This document shows positions 55,097-64,000 of a DNA stretch of 64,000 nt, piece after piece. Every line of letters starts with the position of its first letter. The first letter of the stretch is position 1. The stretch comes from a bacterium (lineage in GTDB: Bacteria; SM23-31), in the NCBI GenBank assembly GCA_965249485.1, contig OZ252239.1:672001-736000 (forward strand), written 5' to 3'. The translations under genes and the position numbers were made by a program. The notes under the pieces were generated by a model, which worked only from the letters and a program-made list of their open reading frames with translations, searched no databases and was not told where the DNA came from.

Positions 55097-56569
55097 TTAT
55101 TTGTGTGCCTGTTCCTGTATCAGTTTCCAAGCAGCCCTGACAATGCTCTCATTCGTCCGGATGTTTCCAATCGCATACCGGAGCGTGTATTTCCCTTTGA
55201 GAATAGTTTGAGCAATAAATATTCTGCCGGTATCATTAACGTCATCCATAAGCTGCTGATTGAGTGCTGCCAATTCCTTTTCGGATAGTGATTTGCCGGC
55301 AGGATTCATACGGAAACAGACAACACTGAAAGGGACGGGAGCTGTTACCTCAAAATCGGAGGACTCTTCCACCAGCGACTGAAATACCCGCGTCAGTCTG
55401 ATGTGATCACGGAGCCGGTTAATAATACCATCTTTCCCAAAATAACGAAGCATAAACCAGAGCTTCAATGCACGGAACCGCCGGCCAAGCTGCACTCCGT
55501 AATTCATGTAATCAACCGCTTCACCCGACTCTGCTGTTACTAAATAGTCAGGAATAATACTGAATGTCCTCCTGAGAAGCTCCTCGTCACGTACATACAA
55601 TAAGCTTGCATCGAATGGGGTGAAAAACCATTTATGTGTATTTGTCACATACGAATCGACATACTCAAACCCATCCATGAGTGACCGATATTCCGGCATA
55701 ATTGAAGCAACGCCTGCATACGCACCGTCTACATGAAGCCATATGTTATGTTTTCTGCAGATTTGACCGATAGCAGGTACCGGATCGATACTCGTAGTTG
55801 ATGTTGTCCCAATTGTCGCCACCACAGCAAACGGAATCAAGCCAGCCTCCTTATCGACAGCGATAGCTTCATCAAGCTTATCGGGGCACATTCTGAACGA
55901 CGTGTCGGATTCAATCTTGATTACATTTTCCAACCCAATTCCAAGAACAATTGCTGCCTTCTCAATTGATGAGTGTGTTTGATCAGAACAATACATTCGG
56001 AGCCCCGCGTGGGGAGGAAATCCTTTAATCCGGATGTTATTTCCACCGAATTTCTCGCGTGCAGCTGCAAGACTCAGCATGGTCGAAACAGAAGCAGTAT
56101 CAACGATGACTCCAAAGAATTCATCGGGTATATGAAAAAGTTTTTTCAACCAGATCAATACCTGTTCTTCCAGTTCGGTTGCAGAAGGACAGGTTTTCCA
56201 AAGCATGCCGTTAATATTAAGGCATCCTGACAGTAACTCACCAAAGAGACCGGGCATTGAACCGGTAATTGCGAAGTAGGCGTTAAAATTCGGATGATTC
56301 CAGTGGGTCACACCCGGCATTACAATATTTTTAAAGTCATCAAAGATTGCGTCGAATGGTTCTCCACAATTTGGAGCACTATCGGGCAGTTGTTTTTTAA
56401 TATCTCCGGGTGTTATGTTCGGCACAACAGGATAGGATTCAATGGAGTCAAAATAGTTACACATCCAATCGACCATTTTGTAGCCGTGTGAACGAAATTC
56501 TTCGATAGGCATGTCACCCAAATTGTTTTCATCAATTGCATCAAATACATCGGACATTATGCTCTCCAT
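55097..56569 (-). CDS. PLP-dependent aromatic L-amino acid decarboxylase (group II)
   Basis: PGVTHWNHP.F.AYF, HSS, HVDGAYAG, NTHKW (PLP Lys), GRRFRALKLW. Confidence 0.9.
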   Translation of the reverse strand: MESIMSDVFDAIDENNLGDMPIEEFRSHGYKMVDWMCNYFDSIESYPVVPNITPGDIKKQLPDSAPNCGEPFDAIFDDFKNIVMPGVTHWNHPNFNAYFAITGSMPGLFGELLSGCLNINGMLWKTCPSATELEEQVLIWLKKLFHIPDEFFGVIVDTASVSTMLSLAAAREKFGGNNIRIKGFPPHAGLRMYCSDQTHSSIEKAAIVLGIGLENVIKIESDTSFRMCPDKLDEAIAVDKEAGLIPFAVVATIGTTSTTSIDPVPAIGQICRKHNIWLHVDGAYAGVASIMPEYRSLMDGFEYVDSYVTNTHKWFFTPFDASLLYVRDEELLRRTFSIIPDYLVTAESGEAVDYMNYGVQLGRRFRALKLWFMLRYFGKDGIINRLRDHIRLTRVFQSLVEESSDFEVTAPVPFSVVCFRMNPAGKSLSEKELAALNQQLMDDVNDTGRIFIAQTILKGKYTLRYAIGNIRTNESIVRAAWKLIQEQAHK

Positions 56570-57230
56570 GTGAGTAAAAAATATGGCAAATGATTTTTAG
56601 TGTAAATATTGCACATGAGGATTTCTATATAAGATAATGTCTTGAAAATAGCGAAAATAATTGCAATATCCAATTTCTAAAACTTACAAAAAGTAATAAT
56701 GTTTTCTATTCTTATTACGTCATGCAATGTATGCAGAAGTGAGTTGATTTTTATGGATGCGTCACTGCTTCGAGCTTCCATTCGTACATAAAATCCACTC
56801 AGATTTACTACGCATAGAACGGTTGAACTTTTACTACCAAAGCTTCGTGTAATAATTGTAGAACAGTATTTGCACTATTGATATCATAAATTATTTTGGC
56901 CTTGATGGACATCTCCGGCAAAAATGAATTGGGCAAAAAATGCAGCACACAACCGGAAAGATAGCAGTCAAGGCCTTTTTTTATTGTCTTCCCCGGTTGA
57001 TGAGTAATCCTGGTAGAAAATGTTTTTCCTGATGCAACAGCCTGATTCTTACGGATCTGACTATTGCAACACATGTGGTGGCTTAGAGGATGTCATAAAA
57101 TGGAAAATGGTCAGAGGTTTGAAGGCGTGCATGATGTTTTTCTTGGAACGTTATTGACGCTAGTTATTGATTGACTCGCTTAGTGGTTCTCTCTTGAATA
57201 AGGGAAAAAATTCCCTATATTAGAGGGCGT

Positions 57231-57629
57231 ATGCAAATCATCTTCGACAAATACGATATAGAGAAGCTCTGTACCGAAAAAGAATTTTCTGTCAAAAAAT
57301 CTCTTGGCGCCATATGTCTCCACAGATTTTCTTATGACCGCGGAAGCATTCGTTTTCTGCTCGATGTGCCGTTAAAAAAAGATTTGGCGTGCCAACTTGA
57401 AAACGTCCGGATCGACGGCAGTGAACTCCATTGTACATTTACCATTGAGAGTTCCTTTGTGCAAACGCTGTTGAATTTCGAGCACAAATTCGTTTCTTTC
57501 AGCGATGCCGGATTGGAAGTAGACTATCCTAATATCCGTTTTGATCTCGATTGGCTTGACACACCGATCATACCCAAGACTATTAAATTCTTTCCCGATG
57601 AGATAAAAATTACTGGTGAATTAAAATGA
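57231..57629 (+). CDS. Hypothetical protein
   Basis: 132-aa ORF with plausible composition and an adjacent TTGAAT-16-TATATT promoter; family not recognised. Confidence 0.65.
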   Translation: MQIIFDKYDIEKLCTEKEFSVKKSLGAICLHRFSYDRGSIRFLLDVPLKKDLACQLENVRIDGSELHCTFTIESSFVQTLLNFEHKFVSFSDAGLEVDYPNIRFDLDWLDTPIIPKTIKFFPDEIKITGELK

Positions 57630-58147
57630 TGTCAGGTAAGCTTGAATTGTAGAATTGTCCTTTACTCAATTCAGCGAAAATTTTCGCTCAATACCAATGA
57701 TTACATCATAGCAATCTGCATTAAAATCCCAGAATGTTTGAAATATGTTAAACCGTCTTGACTCAATATTTCGCAGCCTGCTATTCACAATAATACCATA
57801 CATATCTGTCAGAGCAATCCTGAGTCCGGTAATGAATATCCAACCCCGTAGAAAGCCGTCCTGCATAAATGAATTGAAGTCTGAACCAGGCAGGATGATT
57901 ACGAATATGTTCTCTCACGATGCGGGTTAATATCACGGTAAAACCGACGCCGATAATATTTCCAATACTGTGAACAAATTACCATACTTGGTCTGTTAAA
58001 AGTGTCCTTGCTTTATTATTTTATATGGATAATAGAAAAGCTGGTAAATAACATAATAGCATAATGCTTGACTTTTATTGGCGAAAATTGTATTTATTGA
58101 CACATCGTAATGTAAGTAAAGTCCTGCTTCTATTATCAACATATTCA

Positions 58148-59215
58148 ATGAAAAATAACATTCCGTTAATTGCAGTCGATGCTATGGGTGGGGATTTTGC
58201 TCCCGATGAAATCGTCAAAGGGATTGCTGCTGCAACACACGATCATAAAGCGCGGTTCATACTTGTCGGAGACAGTACACAGATAAAAAACATTCTCAAC
58301 AATGAATCACACAAAAGCAGCGCAATAGAAATTGACCATACCGGAGAATACATCGGCATGGATGAATCTCCCAAAAGCGCCCTAGAAAAAAAACCGGATG
58401 CATCGATCGCACGTGCAGCCGCACTTGCAGCCGGTGACGAAGTAGATGCGATGCTTAGTGCCGGAAACACCGGGGCCCTGATCATGTCGGCAGCCATACA
58501 TATACCAATGATCGAAGGAGTAGAACGGAGTGCGCTCGCTGCTGTCATTCCAACCAGAGATTTCAAAACCGGTACTGACGGTCTTACACTTCTCCTCGAT
58601 GTCGGCGCAACCATACAGTGTGAAGTAAAGCACCTCATCCATTTCGCTTTTATGGGACATGTTTATGCCCGCGATATTCTTGGTATCACTAGTCCGCGAG
58701 TCGGACTGCTCAATGTTGGTGCTGAAAAAATGAAAGGAAACTTCACTCTCAAACGGACACACGAGCTCCTCAGCACGATTTCACACATCAACTTTATTGG
58801 GAATAGAGAAGGTAATGATATTCTCAACAATAGTGCCGATGTCATTATTTGCGAAGGAATGACGGGAAACATCCTTATAAAATTTATGGAAGGGGCTGCG
58901 GAAAGTTTAAAGGAACTCGGAAAATATGGTGCTCGCATGAATCTTGCCTATAAACTGGCGCTCGGTGTGCTCAGTCCCGGTTTGAAAAAGGTCAAAAAGC
59001 GGTTCGATTATGCAGAATATGGTGGTGTGCCACTTCTGGGCTTTAGACGTCTTTGTATAAAGGCACACGGAAAATCAAAATCAAAAGCGGTGAATAATGC
59101 AGTCGGGGTGGCAACCAGGGCGGCCAAAGACAATCTATGTGAAAAAATTCAGAAATCGGTCATCGAGTTCAATGCCTTGATGCCATTTGAGGAGAGTTTG
59201 GGGCCTGATTTGTAA
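58148..59215 (+). CDS. plsX: Phosphate acyltransferase PlsX
   Basis: IAVDAMGGDFAP, SAGNTGA, LDVGA, LLNVG.E..KG, FIGN.EG, YGG.PLLG, K.HG.S. Confidence 0.93.
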   Translation: MKNNIPLIAVDAMGGDFAPDEIVKGIAAATHDHKARFILVGDSTQIKNILNNESHKSSAIEIDHTGEYIGMDESPKSALEKKPDASIARAAALAAGDEVDAMLSAGNTGALIMSAAIHIPMIEGVERSALAAVIPTRDFKTGTDGLTLLLDVGATIQCEVKHLIHFAFMGHVYARDILGITSPRVGLLNVGAEKMKGNFTLKRTHELLSTISHINFIGNREGNDILNNSADVIICEGMTGNILIKFMEGAAESLKELGKYGARMNLAYKLALGVLSPGLKKVKKRFDYAEYGGVPLLGFRRLCIKAHGKSKSKAVNNAVGVATRAAKDNLCEKIQKSVIEFNALMPFEESLGPDL

Positions 59216-59227
59216 TCAAACCTGCAT

Positions 59228-59257
59228 AAAAAAAGCAGACTCATGAGCCTGCTTTTT
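59228..59257. terminator. Bidirectional terminator between plsX and rpmA
   Basis: A7-GCAGACTC-at-GAGCCTGC-T5. Confidence 0.75.
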
Positions 59258-59283
59258 ATGACACTAACTATATTTTGATTGTC

Positions 59284-59538
59284 TTATTCAGGGATAACAC
59301 TGACAAATTTTCGATCATTTCTTCCGGTTGAGAAGGTGACTTTTCCATCAGCAATGGCGAAGAGAGTATAATCTCTACCTCTACGGACATTATCACCGGG
59401 ATGAATACTTGTTCCTCGCTGCCGGACTAAAATATTTCCGGAACGCGCGAGCTGTCCCCCAAAAAGTTTTACTCCAAGACGTTGACCTTGGCTGTCTCGA
59501 CCGTTTCTTGAACTTCCAACACCTTTTTTATGAGCCAT
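59284..59538 (-). CDS. rpmA: 50S ribosomal protein L27
   Basis: [16 protein letters not shown]...RLGVK...RQRGT. Confidence 0.98.
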   Translation of the reverse strand: MAHKKGVGSSRNGRDSQGQRLGVKLFGGQLARSGNILVRQRGTSIHPGDNVRRGRDYTLFAIADGKVTFSTGRNDRKFVSVIPE

Positions 59539-59560
59539 TTCCTACTCCTTCGGGATCGGT

Positions 59561-59878
59561 CTACTTTTGTAACACTTCGTCGATTTTAATTACTGTAAAA
59601 TCCTGACGGTGACCGCGGGTCTTTTTATAATCTTTTCTTCGTTTATTTTTGTACACAATAACTTTTTTATACTTGCCGTGCTGCAGTACAGTTGCCTTTA
59701 CCTTCGCGCTTTTCACTTCCGGCTGGCCAACAACAGTTTTGTTTTCATCATGAACAAGTAAAACCCGCTCAAAGGTTACCGATACCCCGATATCTTCACT
59801 GAGCTTCGGCACTTCGAGCTCATCATTCTCTCGTACCTGAAACTGTTTTCCTGCTATTTCAACTATTGCAGCACTCAT
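59561..59878 (-). CDS. rplU: 50S ribosomal protein L21
   Basis: AIVEIAGKQFQV, KRRKDY....GHRQ.FT; start 59878 or 59890. Confidence 0.97.
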   Translation of the reverse strand: MSAAIVEIAGKQFQVRENDELEVPKLSEDIGVSVTFERVLLVHDENKTVVGQPEVKSAKVKATVLQHGKYKKVIVYKNKRRKDYKKTRGHRQDFTVIKIDEVLQK

Positions 59879-59937
59879 ATTACTCTTCAATAAAATTAAA
59901 AGTCACACGCAAAATATACTAAATAATTTCACCCGAA

Positions 59938-61470
59938 TCAAGAAATAAATTCTTCTGTTATGTCTTCTCGCTTCTTTTTTGTCAAAAACCTGAATTCATC
60001 CACCCGCATCCCACTATCCGACTCAAGATCGATCTTGATCCAATACTTCCACATAAGTTTGTAGAGGTAATTGCTCCATCCATTGATGAGGTATTTTTCA
60101 ATATCTTTCGAGACTTGTAAAATAACCCTCCGGTCACATTTTTTCATCTTGTAGCGCTTGATCCAGCTTTCAATGCCCGATACAATACTCTCTTTGGCGA
60201 GAACTCGACCCGCTCCGCCGCAGCTTTGACACACATCGCTAAACGTATGGAGAAGGCTCGGACGAATACGCTGCCGTGTCATTTCTATTAGACCGTATTC
60301 AGACATGGGAAGAATTGACGTCTTGGAGCGGTCACGTTTTAATTCATTGCGGAGGTCGTAATAGACACGGCGCCGGTTTTTTTCGTCTGACATGTCAATA
60401 AAATCGATCACGATGAGTCCGCCGATATCACGCAGGCGGAGTTGTCGCGCCAACTCGTGGGCTGCCTGCAAATTCACCTTCGTTGCATTAGCCTCATAAT
60501 TCGTTCCCCCGATAAATTTGCCACTGTTCACATCGACCGTCACCATTGCCTCTGTATGGTTAATTACAATGTGACCTCCGCCCGAAAGCCACACCTTCGG
60601 CTCCATAATCTTTCTGATTTCCTGCCCGATTTTGAATTCTTCGAGCATGGGTTTTTGCATGGAAAAATATTCAACCTTGTCAATGAGGTGGGGTGCGGAG
60701 TCCTTGATGTAATGCGAAATACTTCTTAGCAGCTTTTTGTCGTCGATGACGACTCTTTCGATATCGGTAGTAAAAAAGTCCCTTATTATCGAAGAAGCCA
60801 TATCCATATCTTTATAGAGCAGAGCAGGAGCAGGTTTTTGATTGGCTGTGTTCTGAATCTTTTTCCAATTATTCTTGAGCGTCTCAATATCTTTTCTAAG
60901 CACATCTTCGCCCTTATTTTCTGCTACTGTTCTGACAATAAGACCGAAATTTTTGGGCAAAATCTCCCGCGCAAGCTTTTTGAGTCGTTTTTTTTCTCTG
61001 AAACTCTCAATTTTTTTGGAAACACCGATATAATCGGCATTCGGAACAAGGACTAGAAATCTGCCAGGCAGCGAGATCTCTGTTGTGACGCGGGCACCTT
61101 TTTTCTGGAGCGGCTCTTTGGTGATCTGAACAAAAATTTCTTGATTTTCTTTGAGCTGCACATTTATTTCGCTCAGTTTAGGACGACCTCCCCCCCTGTG
61201 TGTGCGCTCAAAATCCGATCCGTATGAAGTGTATGCCTCACCAATATCGGAGAAATGGAGGAAAGCATTTTGCACCATTCCAATATTGATAAATGCAGCC
61301 ATCATACCGGGTAAAACATTTGATACTTTCCCCTTGTAAATATCACCGATCATCCGCTGGCTTTCAGGCCGTTCAATATAGAGCTCAACCAGCGTACCGT
61401 TTTCAAGAATAGCAATCCGGGTTTCAGTCGTTGTTGTATTGAGCAGTATCTCCTTACGGTATCGTTTCAA
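59938..61470 (-). CDS. rng: Rne/Rng-family ribonuclease (RNase G-sized)
   Basis: GDIYKGKV..VLPG..AAF S1 domain, VDVNSG, RLRDIGG.IVIDFIDM, CxxC zinc link. Confidence 0.93.
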   Translation of the reverse strand: MKRYRKEILLNTTTTETRIAILENGTLVELYIERPESQRMIGDIYKGKVSNVLPGMMAAFINIGMVQNAFLHFSDIGEAYTSYGSDFERTHRGGGRPKLSEINVQLKENQEIFVQITKEPLQKKGARVTTEISLPGRFLVLVPNADYIGVSKKIESFREKKRLKKLAREILPKNFGLIVRTVAENKGEDVLRKDIETLKNNWKKIQNTANQKPAPALLYKDMDMASSIIRDFFTTDIERVVIDDKKLLRSISHYIKDSAPHLIDKVEYFSMQKPMLEEFKIGQEIRKIMEPKVWLSGGGHIVINHTEAMVTVDVNSGKFIGGTNYEANATKVNLQAAHELARQLRLRDIGGLIVIDFIDMSDEKNRRRVYYDLRNELKRDRSKTSILPMSEYGLIEMTRQRIRPSLLHTFSDVCQSCGGAGRVLAKESIVSGIESWIKRYKMKKCDRRVILQVSKDIEKYLINGWSNYLYKLMWKYWIKIDLESDSGMRVDEFRFLTKKKREDITEEFIS

Positions 61471-62294
61471 TATGTACCACTTCCGTTAGTATTAAATATT
61501 TCAAAATTGCATAATACGGGGCACAATAATTTAGTGTCACAATAAAGACAACTTAACCCTAACTTACAGTGTAACAAAAAATTTTATATATTGCAAAACA
61601 AAATTACCCTCCAATTTAGTGCATACTATGCGGCAAATACATCCTGGTAAAGTAAGTTCTTGTTTGAACAGGTGTAGAAATTTGTGCTCATGATAAGACG
61701 GTTTTTCATGAGTAACTAAAACGTCTTAATTATTAATAATTCCAGAATGTTACGCAATAAATCAAGGAATATAAGTGGTTTTTAACGGTATTACTCAATA
61801 TTGTATCTGCAAATCACTTGAATAATTGGTAAAATTTTGGTATATTGTTTACACTGTAAATGTCATAAGCTAATACTTGGTAAGAAGATACAAGGAATAA
61901 ATGATTCACAAACATTTTGCAAATTATTGAAATAGAACTTGACAAAGCTGATTATATTTTATAAACTATTCTCCCGTATTACTGTTCTTTTTGTGATAAA
62001 ATCAGGGTCCTGATACTAAATCATAGCAGAATCCTACCGATTATTAAAGAAACCGATAGTTTGTCAAACGAGATTTTTGCTAATACTGCCGGAAGTATGA
62101 TAACGATTAAATTATAGATACTATTGCAAAAACAAATATTAAATTACTGAAAAAATTGAAGATGTAACTGTATATTTTAGGAACAAATGCTTTTTGCAAT
62201 ATGTAATAACTATAGAGAGTTACTTTGTAATATGACTTTAGAGAGATTACCAATAATGTTATCAGTTTGATTAACAGAGAGAGGTAATAAGCGT

Positions 62295-63389
62295 ATGAAG
62301 TACATAATTTTTTCGGTTGTGACTGTTTTATTTGTCATTTGCGCTGTTCCGCTTTTTGCTCAAGGTATAGAGCAGGCGCAGGCCGAATATGAAGAGCTTT
62401 TAAAACAAATCGGTGATGTAACGAAGAAAATGTCCCAGCTTCAGGCCGGAGCACAGGAAGAATATGATCAACTCAAATCAGAGTTTGATAAGCTCACAGT
62501 TGATATCGCTGAGAAACGAAAGATCATGGAAAGTGACCAGGAAACGAGCTCGAAAATCAGTGAAGTGAAAATGATGTACAATGACGGCCTTAACTCTTTC
62601 AAGATCCAACGCTACAACGACGCTATTACGAAATTTGAGAGTGCAATCAAAATGGGCAACGCTCTCGGTTCACCCCTGGTAAATGAAGCTTTGAAGTTTT
62701 CAAATTACGGATTAGCACGTGTATACTACAGTCAGGGCAATTTCACAGCCATGATTGAGCCGCTTGAAAGTGTCTTGAAAATCGATCCGAACTATTACGG
62801 TGCATTGAATATGATGGGGAGATCGTATGAGCGGCAAGGAAAATCTAATGAAGCAATTGCTGCTTATAAAAAGAGCATTGAGATAAATAACTCAAATGAA
62901 AATTTTCTGGCTTACTTTAACCTCGGTGTTGCTTACTTTTCAAAAAAAGATTATGCCAGCGCAAAAGAAGAGTTTAACAATGCCCTTTCGCGCGATCCGG
63001 ATCACGCAAATGCCTATTTGTATCTTGGTAGAACATATTTTGAATCAAAGGATTATACAAATGCTCTTAATGCGCTAACAAAAAGTATTGAACTCAAAGA
63101 AAATGCTTATGAGCCCCATTTCTTTCGGGCACAGGTCTATAACAGAACAGGGCGGTACAGGAACGCAATTGAAGCTGCCGAGAGTGCAATGAAATATCAT
63201 AGAAAAAAAACGAACTTCGGTGGTGCCTTGATCGAACGGGGTAAAGCATATGCAAGTCTTGGAAACAACGCTCGTGCTCTCGAAGACTTCAATATGGCAT
63301 CAAATGACCGCCAGTATAAAAGAAATGCGGAATATGAGATCGAAATTCTGACCAAATTTGGTGGCAAAGGAGACTCTGAAAATCAATAA
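62295..63389 (+). CDS. Secreted coiled-coil plus TPR protein
   Basis: GAGG SD, signal peptide (LFAQ), heptad region, about 6 TPRs. Confidence 0.88.
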   Translation: MKYIIFSVVTVLFVICAVPLFAQGIEQAQAEYEELLKQIGDVTKKMSQLQAGAQEEYDQLKSEFDKLTVDIAEKRKIMESDQETSSKISEVKMMYNDGLNSFKIQRYNDAITKFESAIKMGNALGSPLVNEALKFSNYGLARVYYSQGNFTAMIEPLESVLKIDPNYYGALNMMGRSYERQGKSNEAIAAYKKSIEINNSNENFLAYFNLGVAYFSKKDYASAKEEFNNALSRDPDHANAYLYLGRTYFESKDYTNALNALTKSIELKENAYEPHFFRAQVYNRTGRYRNAIEAAESAMKYHRKKTNFGGALIERGKAYASLGNNARALEDFNMASNDRQYKRNAEYEIEILTKFGGKGDSENQ

Positions 63390-63421
63390 GAGTGTCCGCA
63401 TTCATATAATTATTTGTACTT

Positions 63422-63457
63422 AAGCCGTCCATATTCAATAATGGGCGGCTTTTTTAT
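63422..63457 (+). terminator. Intrinsic terminator after the TPR gene
   Basis: AAGCCGTCCAT...ATGGGCGGCTT plus T-run. Confidence 0.75.
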
Positions 63458-63501
63458 TAGTATATGGCAAATAGATGCATGAACGGATTTGGGCGATAAC
63501 A

Positions 63502-64000
63502 TTAAAACGAAATCGGATAGAGAACCTGAAAATAACTGCCCTGCGAGATCGATATCGAAGAAAACCGGTCTCTGTCCAGGTTGTATGCGGCGTCAATACG
63601 GATTATTCCTTGCGTTGACTTAACATCTCCAATCCGAAGGCCTGCTCCAACACTTGAGTGCCACCCTACTGAATTGAATTCGATGCCGTTACCCCATACT
63701 TTCCCGGTATCGAAAAATACTGTTCCCCCAAACCGTATAAACCAGAATTTTAAATTGGTAAAAATTCTGTCTTCGATATTCAGAAGCAACAGTCTATTTC
63801 CAACAAAATCACGGACTGAATATCCCCTCAGTCCGGTATCTTCACCCAGCAATAACTGTTCAAAAGGACGTCGGGAATCAATCTGGCTGAATTGGAATTT
63901 AGCGGCAAATGTCTGGTGAGGGAAACGATTTGAGACAATAGAAAATCGTACTGAAGTCGACCGCTCGACAGTGTGGCTGCTCTGGCGGAGCAGGCTATGC
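63502..64000 (-). CDS. BamA/TamA (Omp85)-family outer-membrane barrel, C-terminal part (partial)
   Basis: Frame is open to the window edge; LG...GLRGY, FFD.G.VW, SVG.GLR, IRID.A motifs, terminal Phe. Confidence 0.8.
   Translation of the reverse strand, partial: HSLLRQSSHTVERSTSVRFSIVSNRFPHQTFAAKFQFSQIDSRRPFEQLLLGEDTGLRGYSVRDFVGNRLLLLNIEDRIFTNLKFWFIRFGGTVFFDTGKVWGNGIEFNSVGWHSSVGAGLRIGDVKSTQGIIRIDAAYNLDRDRFSSISISQGSYFQVLYPISF

Noticed and set aside
56570..57190. Long spacer with an 88-aa minus-strand ORF (56808-57074)
   Set aside because: No SD, motif or recognisable RNA structure; may be a decayed gene but is unsupported.
57630..58060. Short overlapping ORFs (57666-57866 and 57745-57930)
   Set aside because: No recognisable domain or translation signals.
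61939..62294. Long putative 5' leader of the TPR gene (TTGACA-17-TAAACT promoter) as a riboswitch
   Set aside because: Only faint resemblance to a c-di-GMP-I aptamer; core motifs and a terminator are missing.

Overview
A 64-kb piece of bacterial chromosome, mostly housekeeping genes and probably close to the origin. It opens with the 3' end of recF, a DciA-like gene and gyrB. It then carries pyrF, leuS, an xerC-hpf-hprK-PTS unit, pgsA-pgpA-cinA-thpR-recA-topA, rsgA, a UvrD-helicase/Fe-S-nuclease fusion, recJ, rmuC, a TRAP cluster, two hsp20 genes, a full rrn operon (16S, tRNA-Ile, tRNA-Ala, 23S, 5S) and rng-rplU-rpmA. The TonB-dependent receptor, BamA-like barrel and gene order suggest a diderm FCB-group organism such as KSB1, Calditrichota or Marinisomatota; this is inference only. 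No mobile element, prophage or CRISPR array is visible. The strongest candidates for new biology are: (1) an AS3MT-type arsenite methyltransferase translationally coupled to a divergent ArsS-like radical SAM enzyme, a possible organoarsenical pathway; (2) a second, canonical arsM behind a Cys-rich AbrB-fold HgcC-like gene with a perfect 18-bp palindrome at its promoter and no arsR or hgcAB in view; (3) a putative sigma54-transcribed, repeat-containing small RNA of about 245 nt; (4) a perfect-SD start-stop (ATG-TAA) minigene ahead of hpf; (5) DnaA-box pairs with 11-bp phasing between pyrF and leuS and at the rrn promoter; (6) an insertion of about 80 nt in 23S helix 45. All calls come from reading motifs by eye; no database searches or folding programs were run.
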